A stretch of 63,317 nt of DNA, counting the filler, from Guillardia theta CCMP2712 (lineage: Eukaryota > Protista > Cryptophyta): NCBI RefSeq assembly GCF_000315625.1. It is 5 parts of 5 records of this genome, joined end to end, with 100 filler letters (N's around TTAATTAATTAA, not from the genome) between each part and the next. Parts side by side here need not be neighbours in the genome. Positions count along the whole stretch, not along the records: positions 1 to 15,339 come from NW_005434350.1; positions 15,440 to 25,366 come from NW_005434277.1; 3 more parts are not named here. One strand, 5' to 3'. The notes below the pieces were generated by a model, which was not told the origin of the DNA, made no database searches, and worked only from the letters and a program-made list of their open reading frames with translations. This document shows, one piece after another, positions 12,940-25,366 of the stretch. The translations under genes and the position numbers were made by a program. Each line of letters begins with the position of its first letter. Position 1 is the stretch's first letter.

Positions 12940-13400
12940 TTGCAAGGCCCCGGCAGGGCCGGCAGGGCCCGGGCCTAGTCGCCCGGCCGGTGGGCCGCCC
13001 GAGTCACTGAACTCCGCAAAAACATTTTAAAATTGGAACACAGGGCATGTACCCCACCCTCGATTTGAGGGCGGTTTTGTGTGCAGTGGGTTGGTCCTGG
13101 GGGACACTCGATTTGAAATTTCGTGATGGTGAAATATCTTCAAATATAGTCTATATTTTCAAACTTCTTTGAAATATTTAGTGTGTTTATGCGAAATTTT
13201 GAATAATTTCATTGCACCCTGATTGAACTACCCTACCTTGACTCAAGGTGTGTCCGAGATTTATGGTACCCACCTATATATATTCCCTTTGAAACAGCTC
13301 GTAGGACCGGGTACTCACATGAGCTGGTACGTAGTGGGGTGGGGGCCAAGTAAGGGACTATAGACAGGGTGGGTTCTCCATTCCCCGCTCAAACCACACG
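12940..13400. promoter_or_regulatory. Bidirectional upstream element (CCGG core plus ACCC/GGGT words)
   Basis: ccggcagggccggcagggcccgggcc...gagtcactg core at 12945-13010, followed by taccc/gggt words. Between the divergent 12795 (-) gene and H2A.Z (+). Confidence 0.5.
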
Positions 13401-13403
13401 ACA

Positions 13404-14193
13404 ATGGCCGGAGAGGTAAGGGAGGACAACAGTGCAATGCACAGAGATGCGACAGCAGATGCGCTAGACACCCAGACTGTGATGTTGTGATGTTGTTACG
13501 AAGTGCTTCTGTAGCTCTCCTTGTGCTGATCTTGTGTTCTGAGTGAGAAAAGTCGATTTTGTCCGAAGTAGTAGAATGACACATGCATCTTGTTTTTGTG
13601 CTAACACATGTTATTCCTGCTTCAATATGAACCCAATTCCTCTTGGTGCTGTGATAGATGTGTTCTGTGCAGCGGGATTCCAGTACTTCACAGCTTGTTT
13701 CAAACTCATGCCTTGTTTTCAGGACGGAGGTAAGGGAGGAAAGGGAGGAAAAGGAGGAAAAGGAACAGCTTCCGACAAGAAGAAGCGTGCGCCGCAGTCA
13801 CGCTCCTCTCGTGCTGGCTTGCAGGTTAGCTGAGCAGCATCCCTTGGTCTTCGCTGACTCCTGCCGCAGTTTCCCGTCGGAAGGATCCATCGCCATCTCA
13901 AGACCAGGGTGGCTCGTCATGGCCGTGTTGGCGCCACCTCTGCCGTCTACATGGCTGCGATCTGCGAGTACCTCTGCGCTGAGGTGCTGGAGCTTGCTGG
14001 AAACGCGTCCAGGGATCTTCGAGTGAAGAGGATTACTCCCCGCCATCTTCAGCTGGCCATCCGCGGAGACGAGGAGCTGGACACATTGATCAAGGCCACC
14101 ATCGCAGGAGGAGGAGTTATCCCCCACATCCACAAGTCGCTGATCAACAAGGGACCCAAGGCTAAGGGCAAGAAGGCCAAGGCCGGTGCCTGA
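13404..14193 (+). CDS. H2A.Z: Histone H2A.Z variant
   Basis: Exons 13404-13415, 13723-13824 and 13870-14193 give MAGE|[11 protein letters not shown]...SRSSRAGLQ|[11 protein letters not shown]...LELAGNAS...[37 protein letters not shown], the H2A.Z-specific signature. Confidence 0.96.
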
Positions 14194-14473
14194 GCTCACC
14201 CCACTCACTCTGTTGTGCCCTCAAGCTCGTTCCCTGCTCGCGCCCAGCACTCGGCATCGAGGATGCTGCGCGGGGCTAGCAGGAGCATTCGTAATCTAGA
14301 AATCAAGCGACAGCTCGTTGATTAACCTTTAAGTGTTGAACTAAGTTTACAGTAAATTGAATCACTACTACTCTCCTCCATCACTCAGCCTCCTACTCTC
14401 CTCCTTCACTCAGCCTCCACTGGCCCCTCCAAGTCGCTCTCTACCTTCCTGCGTTGTCGTGCTTTCCTCCCCT

Positions 14474-14887
14474 TCATCTACTGAACGTGCTCGTCCCTTC
14501 CCGTCTTGAACCCATCCTTGTCACACCCTCTGCAGAACGAGGCTGGCAAGGACGGCTGCTAGGGCAACTCCAACGACGACAAGCTTCTGCGATGAGGTCA
14601 GGAAAAGGGGAAGGAGGATGAGAGGGAGAGAGTGAAGGAGGGGAAGGGAAAGAGAACGGGGGATAAGGGAGAGAGAGGGAGGGGAAGAGGAAGGAGGTAT
14701 GGAGGAGAGGCAAAGGAGGGGAGAAAGGTAAATGAGAATACCAGCTGCCATCCTGTCGCTGATGCCCTTGGGGGGAGAATGACCTTGAGTTCGTCAGTAG
14801 GATGATGATGCGGTGATGATGATGATGACGACGACGATGATGACGATGATGATGATGATGATGATGACGAAGACGACGATGGTGGTC

Positions 14888-14953
<66 letters not shown>

Positions 14954-17900
14954 CTGATGCTGATGGTGGTGGTGGTGGTGGTGGTGGACATGATGATGAT
15001 GATTGAGCAGGAGGAGGAAAGGTTAAGTTGGTAGTGGTGGAAGTGATCTGAGACGAATAAAAGGGAGCGGCAAGTGAGGAAGAGGAGCTGGTTGAGGAGC
15101 GTACCTCTTTGGCGACGAGCTTTTCTGAAAGAGCATACAACCTCCTTGCAGCGTCGCTAAGCTTCAAGTAAGAGCAGCCAAGGAGAGGACGGGAAAGAGG
15201 ATGGGAGATGAGAAGGAGGACGTGGAGAGGAAGGGAGGGAGGGAGGGAGGGAGGGAGGGAGGGAGGGAGGGAGGGAGGGAAGGGAGGGAGGGAGGGAGGA
15301 AGGGAGGGAGGGAGGGAGGGAGGGGAGGAGGGAGGGAGGNNNNNNNNNNNNNNNNNNNNNNNNNNNNNNNNNNNNNNNNNNNNTTAATTAATTAANNNNN
15401 NNNNNNNNNNNNNNNNNNNNNNNNNNNNNNNNNNNNNNNAAGGGGAGGAGGATGGCTGATTGTTGTATAGGAGACGGAGCAACAGCAGAAACTTGCGGCG
15501 TACCAGGAGAAAGAGAAGGCCAAGATGTAAGAAAGGAGGGAGGAGAAGGGGGGAGGAGGGATCTGATAGTCTCAAACAGGATGGAATTCAGGAAGATGAT
15601 GGGGTTGCCGCTTGAGTGAAGAAAATCTCCTCCTCCTCCTCCTCCTCCTCCTCCTCCTCCTCCTCCTTTCGGCACAACACAAGTGTTTTACTTAAAGTAG
15701 TTGGATGGAACTCTGAGAGTTCCCACACAGATTTCTTCCCTCAGGCAGTCGCAGGAGGGTGAGGGAGCCGCAGGTTTACATGCTCGGCTTGAAGGGGAGG
15801 AGGTCGTTAGGGAGAACCTTCATCAGGGAGGCCTCCGTGTCGAGACCTGTCGTGATCAAGTCAGAAGAGGAGGAGGAGGAGGAGGAGGAGGAGGAGGAAC
15901 TGCACTACAGCAATACAGAAAATCATCATCTCCAGCATTATCATCGTGTTTGAATAGTCATATATCATCGCCATCTTCAATATCAACAGCAGCAGCACCA
16001 AATACAACAACAAAACAGTTGTCTTTTTCTTTGTCTTACCCATCATGTAGTTTTGCATTGGGACGTACTTGACGACCTCGTTGACTCCGTCAAAGTGGAA
16101 CTCACGGGAGTTCTCTTCGAAGCTGCGGCAGTGAAATGTCACTGACGAAGAGGAGAGGAAGACAGACGAAGAGGACGGTGGGGGGGAGGGAGAGGGGGGC
16201 GGAGAAGATGAGCAGAAGGAGGGAGGAGGGTGAGGAGGAGGAGATCTTACCGGAAGCAAGCAAGCTGCTTGTGCTTGATGCCGCAGTTGTTCATCTCGTC
16301 CGCATTCCAATCGCGCACACAGATCCAGACGCCGTAGTTGACGTAGTAAGTGCGAACAGCCATGGGGCCAAGACCGCCTGAGAAGAAGTGAGCAAAGATG
16401 CGAGGGAGGAGGAAGAGATAGGAGGGTGGAGAAAGCAGGAGGATTGAAGAGGAGGAGCAAGAGGAGGAGCAAGAGGAGGAGCAAGAGGAGGACGGAGGGA
16501 GCAAGAAAGGAGGAGGAATTGAGAGGGTCAAGGTCCTACCTGTGTATGCCTTGCCGATCCTCGAGAGCTCGGTAACTTGAGCCCAAGTCAAGTTGGTCGT
16601 GCACAACGGGTTCTGAGGTGAAAGGTGAGCTGGAAGGAACAGCTGAGAACCCCTGGGCAGGGTACCTGGCAGTCGGGCAGAGGAGGAGCAGTCATGTAGG
16701 GGTCAGAGAAGTTCACAACAGGCAGCGTTGCCAGGCAGTCTGCTGGGCAATAGCCCAGCTGCATCTTGGCATCCTGGCAGGACAGGTAGCCCAGTTTAAC
16801 CTGTGAAGGTTTGTCAGGGATGTACTTGGAGAGGAAGGAAGAGAAGGGAAGGAGAAGGAATGAGACTGATGAGGAGGAGGAGAGGTGGGGAGGAGGGGAG
16901 GGGAGGGAACAAGCTGAAGGATGCAGTGCGCTTTCAGTTAGGGGAGGTGAGGGGGGGGGGGGGGGGGGGGGGGGGGAGGCTGTGACAATACCTCAAACCC
17001 TGTCATGAAGCACTCTGGGCAGGAGCCGTCGAACTCTGCCACGATGGTTCCAGAGTTCATGTCGTCCAGCGCCAGCGGCTGGTCACAGTTCGAGTCCAGC
17101 ACAGTCTTCTTTGCCTGCCTGTTGTTGCCCTGGAAGAAGTTGAGCACTGCCCCGGGCAGCAGGTCGAAGCTGAGAAGATTGAGGTTCAGAGCTCCAGCTG
17201 GATGCCTGCCCAGCCCCTTGTGACTGAGGATCCACTGGAGGACGGAGGAGACGCGGACGCTGGTGGTGGGGAGGTCCTGGAGCTGAGTGGTAGTGACGCC
17301 AACCTGAACCTTCATGCCCCCGACGTTGGTGACGACGGGGCTACCGAGCGTGAGGTGAGCGTTCTCAGTGCAGAGGATGGAGGGGGAGGCGACGCGTTTC
17401 TCTTCCCCGTTCATCCAGAAGTTGTGGTAGCATGCCTCGTTCTGAACCTGACGGACCGGGCGGAGCGTCTTGCCCATTTCGTCAGCGACCTGGAGGGCCA
17501 GGGCATGGCAGGTGTCATAGCGAAGGTCGCCGCCGTCGTAGAGGTGGACGGGGCGTCCGAAGTCGAAGGAGGAGGTGAGCTGGATGACAGCGACGTCGAA
17601 CTCGATGGAGTAGTCAGCTCCAGGGTGCACAGACATCATCTTGACACCTCGGTAGACGACCTGAGAAGTATTCCTGTCGATCATCGAGACCTGATCCAAC
17701 GTCTTCTGCTCGTTGACGCAGGATGCCGACGTCAGCACCCAGTCGGAGGCAATGAGGGATCCGACGCAGGCCCCGGGGTAGGTTTGACCTTGGGGGATCC
17801 AAACTCCTGAGTCCAGGTAGTCCTGGAACTTGGGGAAGAAGTTCTCGTGGCCCGTGAAGTTGTAGACTAGGAGAGGCATGCCCATGAGCTGCTGGTAGAG

Positions 17901-20455
17901 ATCCTGAACCCAGCTCTGGACAGCACCATCAGTTTCGGCAGCAAGAGATTCAGGAGTGAAAGTAGAGCCGTTGCCAAGGATCTGATGAACCATGTAGAAA
18001 TCCCTGAATAGGACTGACGAGATATTTGTGTTCATGTAGTTGCTCATCTCCTCGACTGTGATGTTGGAACTTCCGGGCCCAGCAATCATGTCAAACACAG
18101 AGTGCTGCAAGCAGATCGTCTCCTCAACAGTCAGCACACCATCGTCGTTCACGTCAAGCTTGTCGAATATGATCTGCGGGATCGCCTCGGGTGTGAGGGG
18201 ACGGGTCCTCGAGAACGGATTCGTGACATTCCCCAGGGTAGTGGAGACGAAGGAGCCAAAGTCGCAGGACTGCATGGGAAGGAAGACGAGGAAGTCATAC
18301 ATCTCGCTGGTGGTGGTGTTGTCCGCAAACTGAAGCAGCTTCCTGTTGGCGGAATATTTCGGGTATGCAACAGCTGACCTTGCCCTGGGCATCTGCTCGA
18401 CCATGTGCGCGTACTTCTTGCGATCCGCCATGTGGTAGCGGCCGTACTTTTGCGCCTTGACCAACAGGTTAGACGAAGAGGGCCTTCTCCTCCTCATGGC
18501 CGTTGACGCGGCAACTGCCTGATGCAGGGAGGCGGCGGATTGGAAGCTCTCGCTGAGCGACCGCAGAGGAGCGGTGTAGACTTGGCAGGTGGGAGGCTGC
18601 TCGACCGGAGGAGGAGGGAGAGGGGAGAACCAGTTGGGCTGAACGATGTACATGCACTTCTTGGGGAGGAAGGTGCTGACCAAGTGCATGGCGCTGAGCT
18701 CGGTCACGACCTCGACACCGTTGCAAGGGTTCTTCGCAGCTAACTTCACAGCCTGCAGGATCTCCGCTGGAGACAGCATCATGTTGCCATCCAAGTCCAT
18801 CTGCGGAGCGAAGCCGTCAGTCACTGTCTGTCGCCTCCTCCTCCTCCTACCTGTTCGATCACCGACATGGAGAGCATGGCGTAAGAAGCCTCGAAGTTGA
18901 GTGAGATCATGCCATCTCCGTTGAAGTCCAGGAACTTCACGAATGCACTGATGGCTAGGGGTAGCGGATACCCATACTCCATCTCCCAGTCATCTCCGTC
19001 AAGACCAGAGTAGATCGACTGGATGATGTGGGCGACGTTGTCCATGTAGATGCCGGTCTCGTTGCCGTTGGATTTCTCAAGCTGCCACCGGCATCAGTGT
19101 CGGCAGGAAGGAGGAGGAGAAGGGGGGCGCGGGGGGCGTGCCAGAGGGAACAAGGACGAGGAGGACAAGGGGGAGGAGGGGGATGACTTACCAGCATGAC
19201 TTCCATGTCTGTGAGGTTGTAGACAGTCATCAGCTCATTCGGCTGCAGCTCGTTGTCTTCGTTGATATCTCCCACTTTGAGGATGTGGAGGGCTAGATAT
19301 TCCGGATGGTAGTCACCCTGCAGCACAGGTGGCGCCGGGTTGAGGTATGTGTACCACAGGAACTTTTGGAAGGTGATGTGATCGCAATCCTGAAGCATTC
19401 TTGCAAAATCCCAGATGGTCTTCTTCTCTTCTACAACAGTCGTGTAGTTTGCGATCAACCAAGCTCTGCTCATGGCTTCAGCCTTAGTGACAACTCCGTC
19501 CCTGTTCTCGTCGAAGGCTCTGAAGATAGAGACCCTTGACCCATCGTTGTTGCAATCACCGTCATCAAAAAAAGCATCTTTAGTCATGCAGTACGCATCG
19601 CATCGCATATTCCCGACGTCATTCCCGTGACAGAGGCGAGACAGGAGCGTGTTGTTTCTCTCAACTGCCGCGCAAGGTTCCATCGGGGCAGGGACGCACA
19701 TCTTCAAGAAGGGCTGACAGATGACGTCGGATTGCATCGACTTGCTCTCGCACTGGATCGACATGGGGTCTGAATACTTGGAGTTGCAGAGGGATGCGTT
19801 ACAGTAATCCTCCTTGAACTTCATCAACGTCTCCACAGTGTCCATGGTGAAATTCGCGCAACTGCCAACACACAAGGTCATTCCTCTCCCCTCCCCTCCC
19901 CTCCCCTCCCCTCCCCTCCCCTCCCCTCCCCTCCTCTCCTCTCCTCTCCTCTCCCTCTCCCTTGCCCTGCCCTGCCCTGCCCTGCCCTCCGCTCTAGTCC
20001 TCAGGAGAGAGCTGGGAACTGGTTCACCTCGCGACAGCGCAGCACGAGTAGACGTTGCCTTTGTTGTCGAACTTGAATCCCTGCAGGGGACTTGCACATC
20101 AAGGGGAGACCATCTAAGAAACGATCATCCTCACCGTGTCCTCTGGCATTGCCGAGCAGAACTGTCCCACTTCCTGTGTCAGACGTCAGCAACAGAGTCA
20201 AGGTGTGGAAGTTTTTTTAACCTTGAACGACGTTGCATCGTAGCAGCCTCCAGTCCAGTTGCCGCTGGGCCAGATGTAGTTGCGCACACAGATCCCCTCA
20301 GTACCGCAAGGGACAGTCTCGTTGCTTGAACTGCTCGTTGCACAACTATCTGGCGGAGAGTATGACTCAGTGGAATTTGCCGGTGCCGGCCCCTGCGCCG
20401 ACGCTTGAAGAATGCATATCAACAACAGGAACACAACAGCCCTGTCAGAGGACAT
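14474..20455 (-). CDS. Large secreted mosaic protein: signal peptide, Cys-rich region, LNR-like repeat, multiple EF-hands, inactive trypsin-like domain, CUB-like domain (3' exons approximate, spans an assembly gap)
   Basis: Signal MSSDRAVVFLLLICILQASAQG. LNR-like GNMRCDAYCMTKDAFFDDGDC. EF loops DENRDGVVTKAE, DINEDNELQPNE, DFNGDGMIS, DLDGNMMLSPAE and DVNDDGVLTVEE. Trypsin-like CVGSLIASDWVLTSASCV...FDVAVIQL. CUB-like LNLNLLSFDL...SGTIVAEFDG...TGFEV. Confidence 0.75.
14801..15003. repeat. (GAT)n/(GGT)n microsatellite, intronic
   Basis: Direct read of the sequence. Confidence 0.95.
15340..15439. other. Assembly gap pad nnn-TTAATTAATTAA-nnn (also 25367-25466, 30567-30666, 61730-61829)
   Basis: The identical 100-nt pad with stops in all six frames recurs four times; it is artificial. 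Confidence 0.97.
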
Positions 20456-20929
20456 GCTGTATATAAACTAGGCGAGAGTGAAGCTGTAAGATGCGAGAGT
20501 CAGTTTCATACATGCTAACATCGCAAAATAAGATCGAGCCACTCAACCCGCTCCTCTAATAAGTTTGCTATCTATAACCCTTCAGCCCGGACTCCTCCAC
20601 GCACAATCCTTCCAGCTCTAGACATTTTTGACTTACTCTTGAATTGACTCATCTCTGCCGTCCAGCACCCATCATCCTACCTCCTTAGAGTCTCCCTATA
20701 CTCCCTCACCGTCTTCCCTCTCGTACACACCCTACTCCAGTACTTCCCCTTCCTCGTCCTTGTCCTCTTTCTGTTCCTCTCTTTCTTCTCTTCGTTCTTC
20801 CTCCTCCTCCTCCTTTCCTCCTCATCTTCCATGCACTCTCCCTCTCCTCCTCCCCACTGCGTTCCTCCCTAAGCGCTTCATCGCCCAACAGCCATGGCGA
20901 ACTACTTCTCCTGGCAGAGTTGGCGGTTG

Positions 20930-22480
20930 ACTTTTTGACCCTCGTAAAATTATTTGTAAAATCCTCATTCCCCTACAAAAATGTAGGCCCTCTATTGGTA
21001 CAAACAAAAGGCATTTTGTCACCATAAAAACACTTTTAAATGAAAAAGTACCCCACCCCTTCTGGTTACATCCAGTCACGGATACACCGAACGGACCCGT
21101 TCCACGTTCATATATAGTAGCCCCCGGGATTTTAATATAGCTTGCATCAAGGCTACAATCAGGTGGGGTCGGGGAGGTTGGGGGGGGGGGGAGGGCAGAG
21201 ATAGGAGGGGTAGTTGTCCGTTGACTCAGAGAGACCTATTTCGGTTGGTAGATCTCGGTTGGAATGATCATTTTATATATCAGTACAATGATTCAAATGA
21301 CTGTTTTTTATGGTACAGATTGATATGAGCTTGGTATGAAGTTTTTAAAATTATCGAAGTCAACCTAAAAACCTTATCCGCCAACTACGGGTGGAGTGGA
21401 ATCCTGGTTCTATCTACAGTAGGGCTCCCTAATACCTCCCTAGACACTTCCTAGCCCCCCCCCGCTCTACTGCTCTTATCCAACTGCCATCCGATGTTCA
21501 GGAACCCCCTTCAACAGGGGGGTACTTCATATAGAAAAAGGGTCGCATTGGGGGGTGGCCCTGTGGGGGGGTAGTGGGACGGTTTGACCTGGCAGTTGAG
21601 CCCCGGATAAGGAAGTTGGGGAGGGAGGAAACTTCAAGGTCAACTTGATGGCCGTTACAGAGCCGTTATCATCTCGAGTCCGACTCGGCCCGGGGGCCGC
21701 CGGCTCGCTTGCGGCCCATTCAAGCCCGTAATGCCGGCCCCGGGCTGCGGCATCATCGGGGCCGCCACTGGTGACCTGATCAGTGACTCACTGAGTCACG
21801 GTTGAAGTCACTTGATGAAGTCGTGAGGCCGCCGCCGGACTGAGCCGCGGCATCAAACGCTAGAGGAAGGCCAGGCCCGGCTTCGAGACTGGAATGATTG
21901 CTTGAAGTACAGTAAAAAAGCTTGAACATCTGTACGGTACCACTGTCTAGGCCAACTCAGTGCTGCCGCTGCGCGCCCCGGGCCCCGCCGGCCGGGGGCC
22001 CGGCCCGGGCCGGGCCATGCCGCAGTGCCGTGCGGTGCGGCGGCGGTACCGTACTACGGCGGGCTCAGTGGACCACCCCTGGGGCGGGCCCGGATAGACT
22101 TTGGAGCAGATGCGCCTCCTCCATTTTAGTACCCCCCTTTCGACCCTTGTTGGCTACCCCTCATGAAGTCTGAGTGAAAGAATTGGTTACCTGGACTCAT
22201 TTCAAGTCTTTCTCAGTTTATTTCAAATTTTCAATGATAATTTACACAAAAGATAAGAATGATTCGGCAGAGGATTTCGATGTGCCTGCTCGAATTCGTT
22301 GCAGCTTCTGGCTCATCTCTGGAGGGGAAGGGGGGGTGGGGTGATGAGAACCCCACCCCACTATTGATTGCAAAATTTAAGGAAACAATACCGGTAATAA
22401 AGAAAATCCTTCAAGGTGGCGAATCGCTGTTATGGGGTGGGTGCAGGGGGTTCTGATATGGGGTGGGGTGGTAGCTGCTG
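20930..22480. promoter_or_regulatory. Large bidirectional upstream element: CCGG/GGCC/TGAGTCA core (~21660-22100) flanked by ACCCC/GGGGT tracts
   Basis: Between divergent starts 20455 (-) and 23819 (+). Contains the palindrome gtgactcactgagtcac and many ggcccgg words. Confidence 0.5.
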
Positions 22481-23818
22481 AAATTGTATGACGATGATTA
22501 GTTTAGTACTGGTTTCTGAACTACCACAACATTAAAAGTTTGTTGAACAACGGTAGAAAATGTATAACAAGGGTTTTAAATTGTACCGAAGTGTTCATGG
22601 AAAGTACCATGTAGCCTATAATATTTGTTTTGGGGGCTCGTTATACCTAATCTTGAACAATAAAGTTTTTGCTACAGGGTCTTTCAGTACAGTGTTACAC
22701 CAAATTATAAGCGAAAAACTATTCTAATACTGGTATGGAGCTTTCGTTTTGTACACGATGTTAAAATGGTATTTTTAAAACGAGGTAAGGTTAGGACGTA
22801 ATTCAATGACCCTCCTCATCTCACTACCCCCTTGTCTCGCATCCCGATCCTTTCAAAAGGACCCGTAGTTCCTCCCGTTGAATCCTGTAAGAAAACCCTG
22901 GCGCGAAGACACTTGCTCCAGGATAAGGGACGATGGATAGCGAGGGAGAAATGGAGTAGGAGGAAGAAGAGGGAGAGGGAGAGGGAGGAGGAGTAGAGGG
23001 GGGGGGGGGAGAGAGGAGATTTAGCAAACATGGATAGGGGAGGATGAGGGAGGAAAGAGGAAATATGCGATGTAAAAATTGTTCGAGTTGGAGAAATTGT
23101 AAAGCGAAAATAGCAGCTGCAGGACTTAACGAGAAATCACAGTAGTTGAGTCTCGACCAGTAGAATGAAGGATGGAAAGGATGCACAATTTTTTCAGAGA
23201 CAAAGAATGTGTGGTGTAAGAGAAGCAGCAGGATGAGGTTGTGAGATGCAGCGACTTCGTTTTGTGCTTCTGTACAGGCACACAATGCTTAATAGATTCA
23301 CGGAGACTGGGCAAAAGGACCGAAATAGGAGGGGGGTGAAAGATTTGAGTGATTGGAGCGTGCTGCGGATCACATAGGATTGGATTGATCCGAGAAGGAG
23401 GGATCTTTGAAATTCTGTACCCGAGGCGATTAGAGGATAGGAACACAAGACTGAAAAAAGCAGGAGCCCATGATGGGGTAATGTAGAATACAGAAACGAA
23501 GGTGTGCAAGAAAGATATAAATGTCGGTATTGTAACCGTAGATTCTGTTTGGAGATGATGTGAAAGGTTGTGTTGTTTTCGGAGATTTGGACGGGATCGT
23601 TTTTCTAGGATTATGAGGTCTTGAAAGAAGCAAACACAGTGGAGCGTGTTCATTTTGCTGTGATCTTTTACATGCGCTTGGAGAGAAATTCCTCCCGGCG
23701 TGGTTGCGCATCATCCCATAACTCGACATCGCATGTCATTCCACCTTCTGAGCGTTTTCACTTGGCTCGCACAGACGAGAAGCGAGCTGAAGTGGATGGC
23801 TGACTTTGCTTGTCGCAG

Positions 23819-24855
23819 ATGTTGAGGAAGATTCTCCTTGTGGGCGCTGTTGCAGCTGCCTCTGCCTTCGCTCCTACCCTCCCAAGCTACGGACGTAAGT
23901 CTCCCTCCATCTCCCCCCCTCTCCTAACTTCCTATATCACCCGCTCACTCTCTCCTCAGGCTCCGTCGCTCCTGTCGGCCCCACCATGCAGCGCATCGGC
24001 TCCGCCCGCCCTGCTGGTGGCAGCGCTGGATCCCCCCGCCCCGGCAGCATGGGAACCCCCCAGAAGGCCGGCAGCATGGGAAAGGCTGGCAGCATGGGAG
24101 TTCCTCCCAGGCAGGGAAGCATGGCCCCCAAGCCCAGCGGCTCCCAGCTCATCAACAAGCCCCGCGCTGCTCCCGTGAAGGCAGCTGCTAAGCCCGCTGC
24201 TAAGCCCGCCGCCACCTTCCGCCAGACCCCCAAGCCCGCTGCTGCCGCTAAGACCGTGCAGAAGGCTGCCCCTGTGCGCTCGGCTGTTCCCGGAGGACGC
24301 TTCTCCTACGTTTCCGACGGCCTGCCCCAGTGGGATATCGAGGGAGCCGACTGGGCCCGTGACGGAGGAATCTTCGGCAAGATCGGTGACGTCATCTGGG
24401 CCCGCGAGGCTGAGGTCAAGCACGGACGTGTTTGCATGCTCGCCGCCACTGGCGCCATCGTCCAGGACCTCTACCACTTCCCCTTCATCGACAAGTGGTA
24501 CCAGGGCGAGAAGATGTGGGGCCTCCACGACGCCGCCATCAAGTCTGGCGCCCTCTGGCAGGTTCTCTTCTTCATCGGCCTCCTCGAGCTGCCCTTCCTC
24601 CTCAAGCTCAGGGACGGCACTGTCGATGGAACCGGCGACATCGGCTTCGATCCCCTCGGCCTCAAGAACGACCCTGACGCCTTCGCACGCCGCCAGATCA
24701 CTGAGGTCAAGAACGGCCGTCTTGCCATGATCGCCATCTCCGGCATGACCCACCACTACTTCCTCACTGGCAAGGGACCCATCGAGTTCATCACTCAGAT
24801 CCCCAACTTCAAGTCCTGCACTGCCGCGGCTGTCGAGACTGGTCTCTGCGTCTGA
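23819..24855 (+). CDS. Plastid-targeted chlorophyll a/c-binding light-harvesting protein (LHC, red-lineage/Lhcr-like) with long N-terminal extension
   Basis: Exon 1 23819-23894 MLRKILLVGAVAAASAFAP (ASAFAP cleavage motif), intron 23895-23959. Helix 1 EAEVKHGRVCMLAATG, helix 2 WQVLFFIGLLE, GFDPLG, helix 3 EVKNGRLAMIA. Confidence 0.95.
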
Positions 24856-25166
24856 GCTCGGACTCTCTGACCTCCTCGCGAGCTTGTGACAAGTAGAAAT
24901 GAAGATGAGAAAACAATCTCGAGGGGTTGTCAAACTTGCGTTGTCTCCATTCACATGTTTATCATACCTCACTCTGCTCCTATGACTCCCTTTCTTCTTC
25001 TCCATCCAGAGGATGCCTCATGTCAGAACCTTGATGCTGTCAACCGTATCCAATCATCCTTTCCTTTCTGCTTCTCCCCCACTCACCCTCTTTCCCACCC
25101 CCTTCACTCCTCACCACCTCCTTCCCTCATCCCACTCCTCCCTCTCTTTCCCTTCCTTGCCCCTCT

Positions 25167-25366
25167 TCATGTCATCGGCTCCATGATCTGTACCCTCTTG
25201 CCATCCTGCCAACACTCATCAGCATCTTCCTCCCCTCAGCATCATTCACCATGTCAGAGAACACAACGATCTTCTCCTCCACCACCAGCAGCTCCGTCGG
25301 CTGCTGCAGTTCCACCTCCTCCCGGATGGAGAGCACGCGGCTGCCATCCCTTGCCAAGACTTCGAT
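25167..25366 (-). CDS. 3' end of an NHL-repeat (beta-propeller) protein, truncated by the assembly gap
   Basis: IEVLARDGSRVLSIREEVELQQPTELLVVEEKIVVFSDM|DGKRVQIMEPMT* after removing a gtgaat...gcag intron. Fits the NHL pattern I.V...DG......L..P..I.V....IVV.D....RVQI. Confidence 0.55.

Noticed and set aside
15384-15395. Recurrent TTAATTAATTAA motif (PacI-like or piggyBac TTAA)
   Set aside because: Always embedded in N runs of identical length; an assembly spacer.
22500-23760. AT-richer region with minus-strand ORFs up to 175 aa
   Set aside because: No protein motifs. An acceptor immediately before the LHC ATG suggests it is largely 5' UTR intron or upstream DNA.
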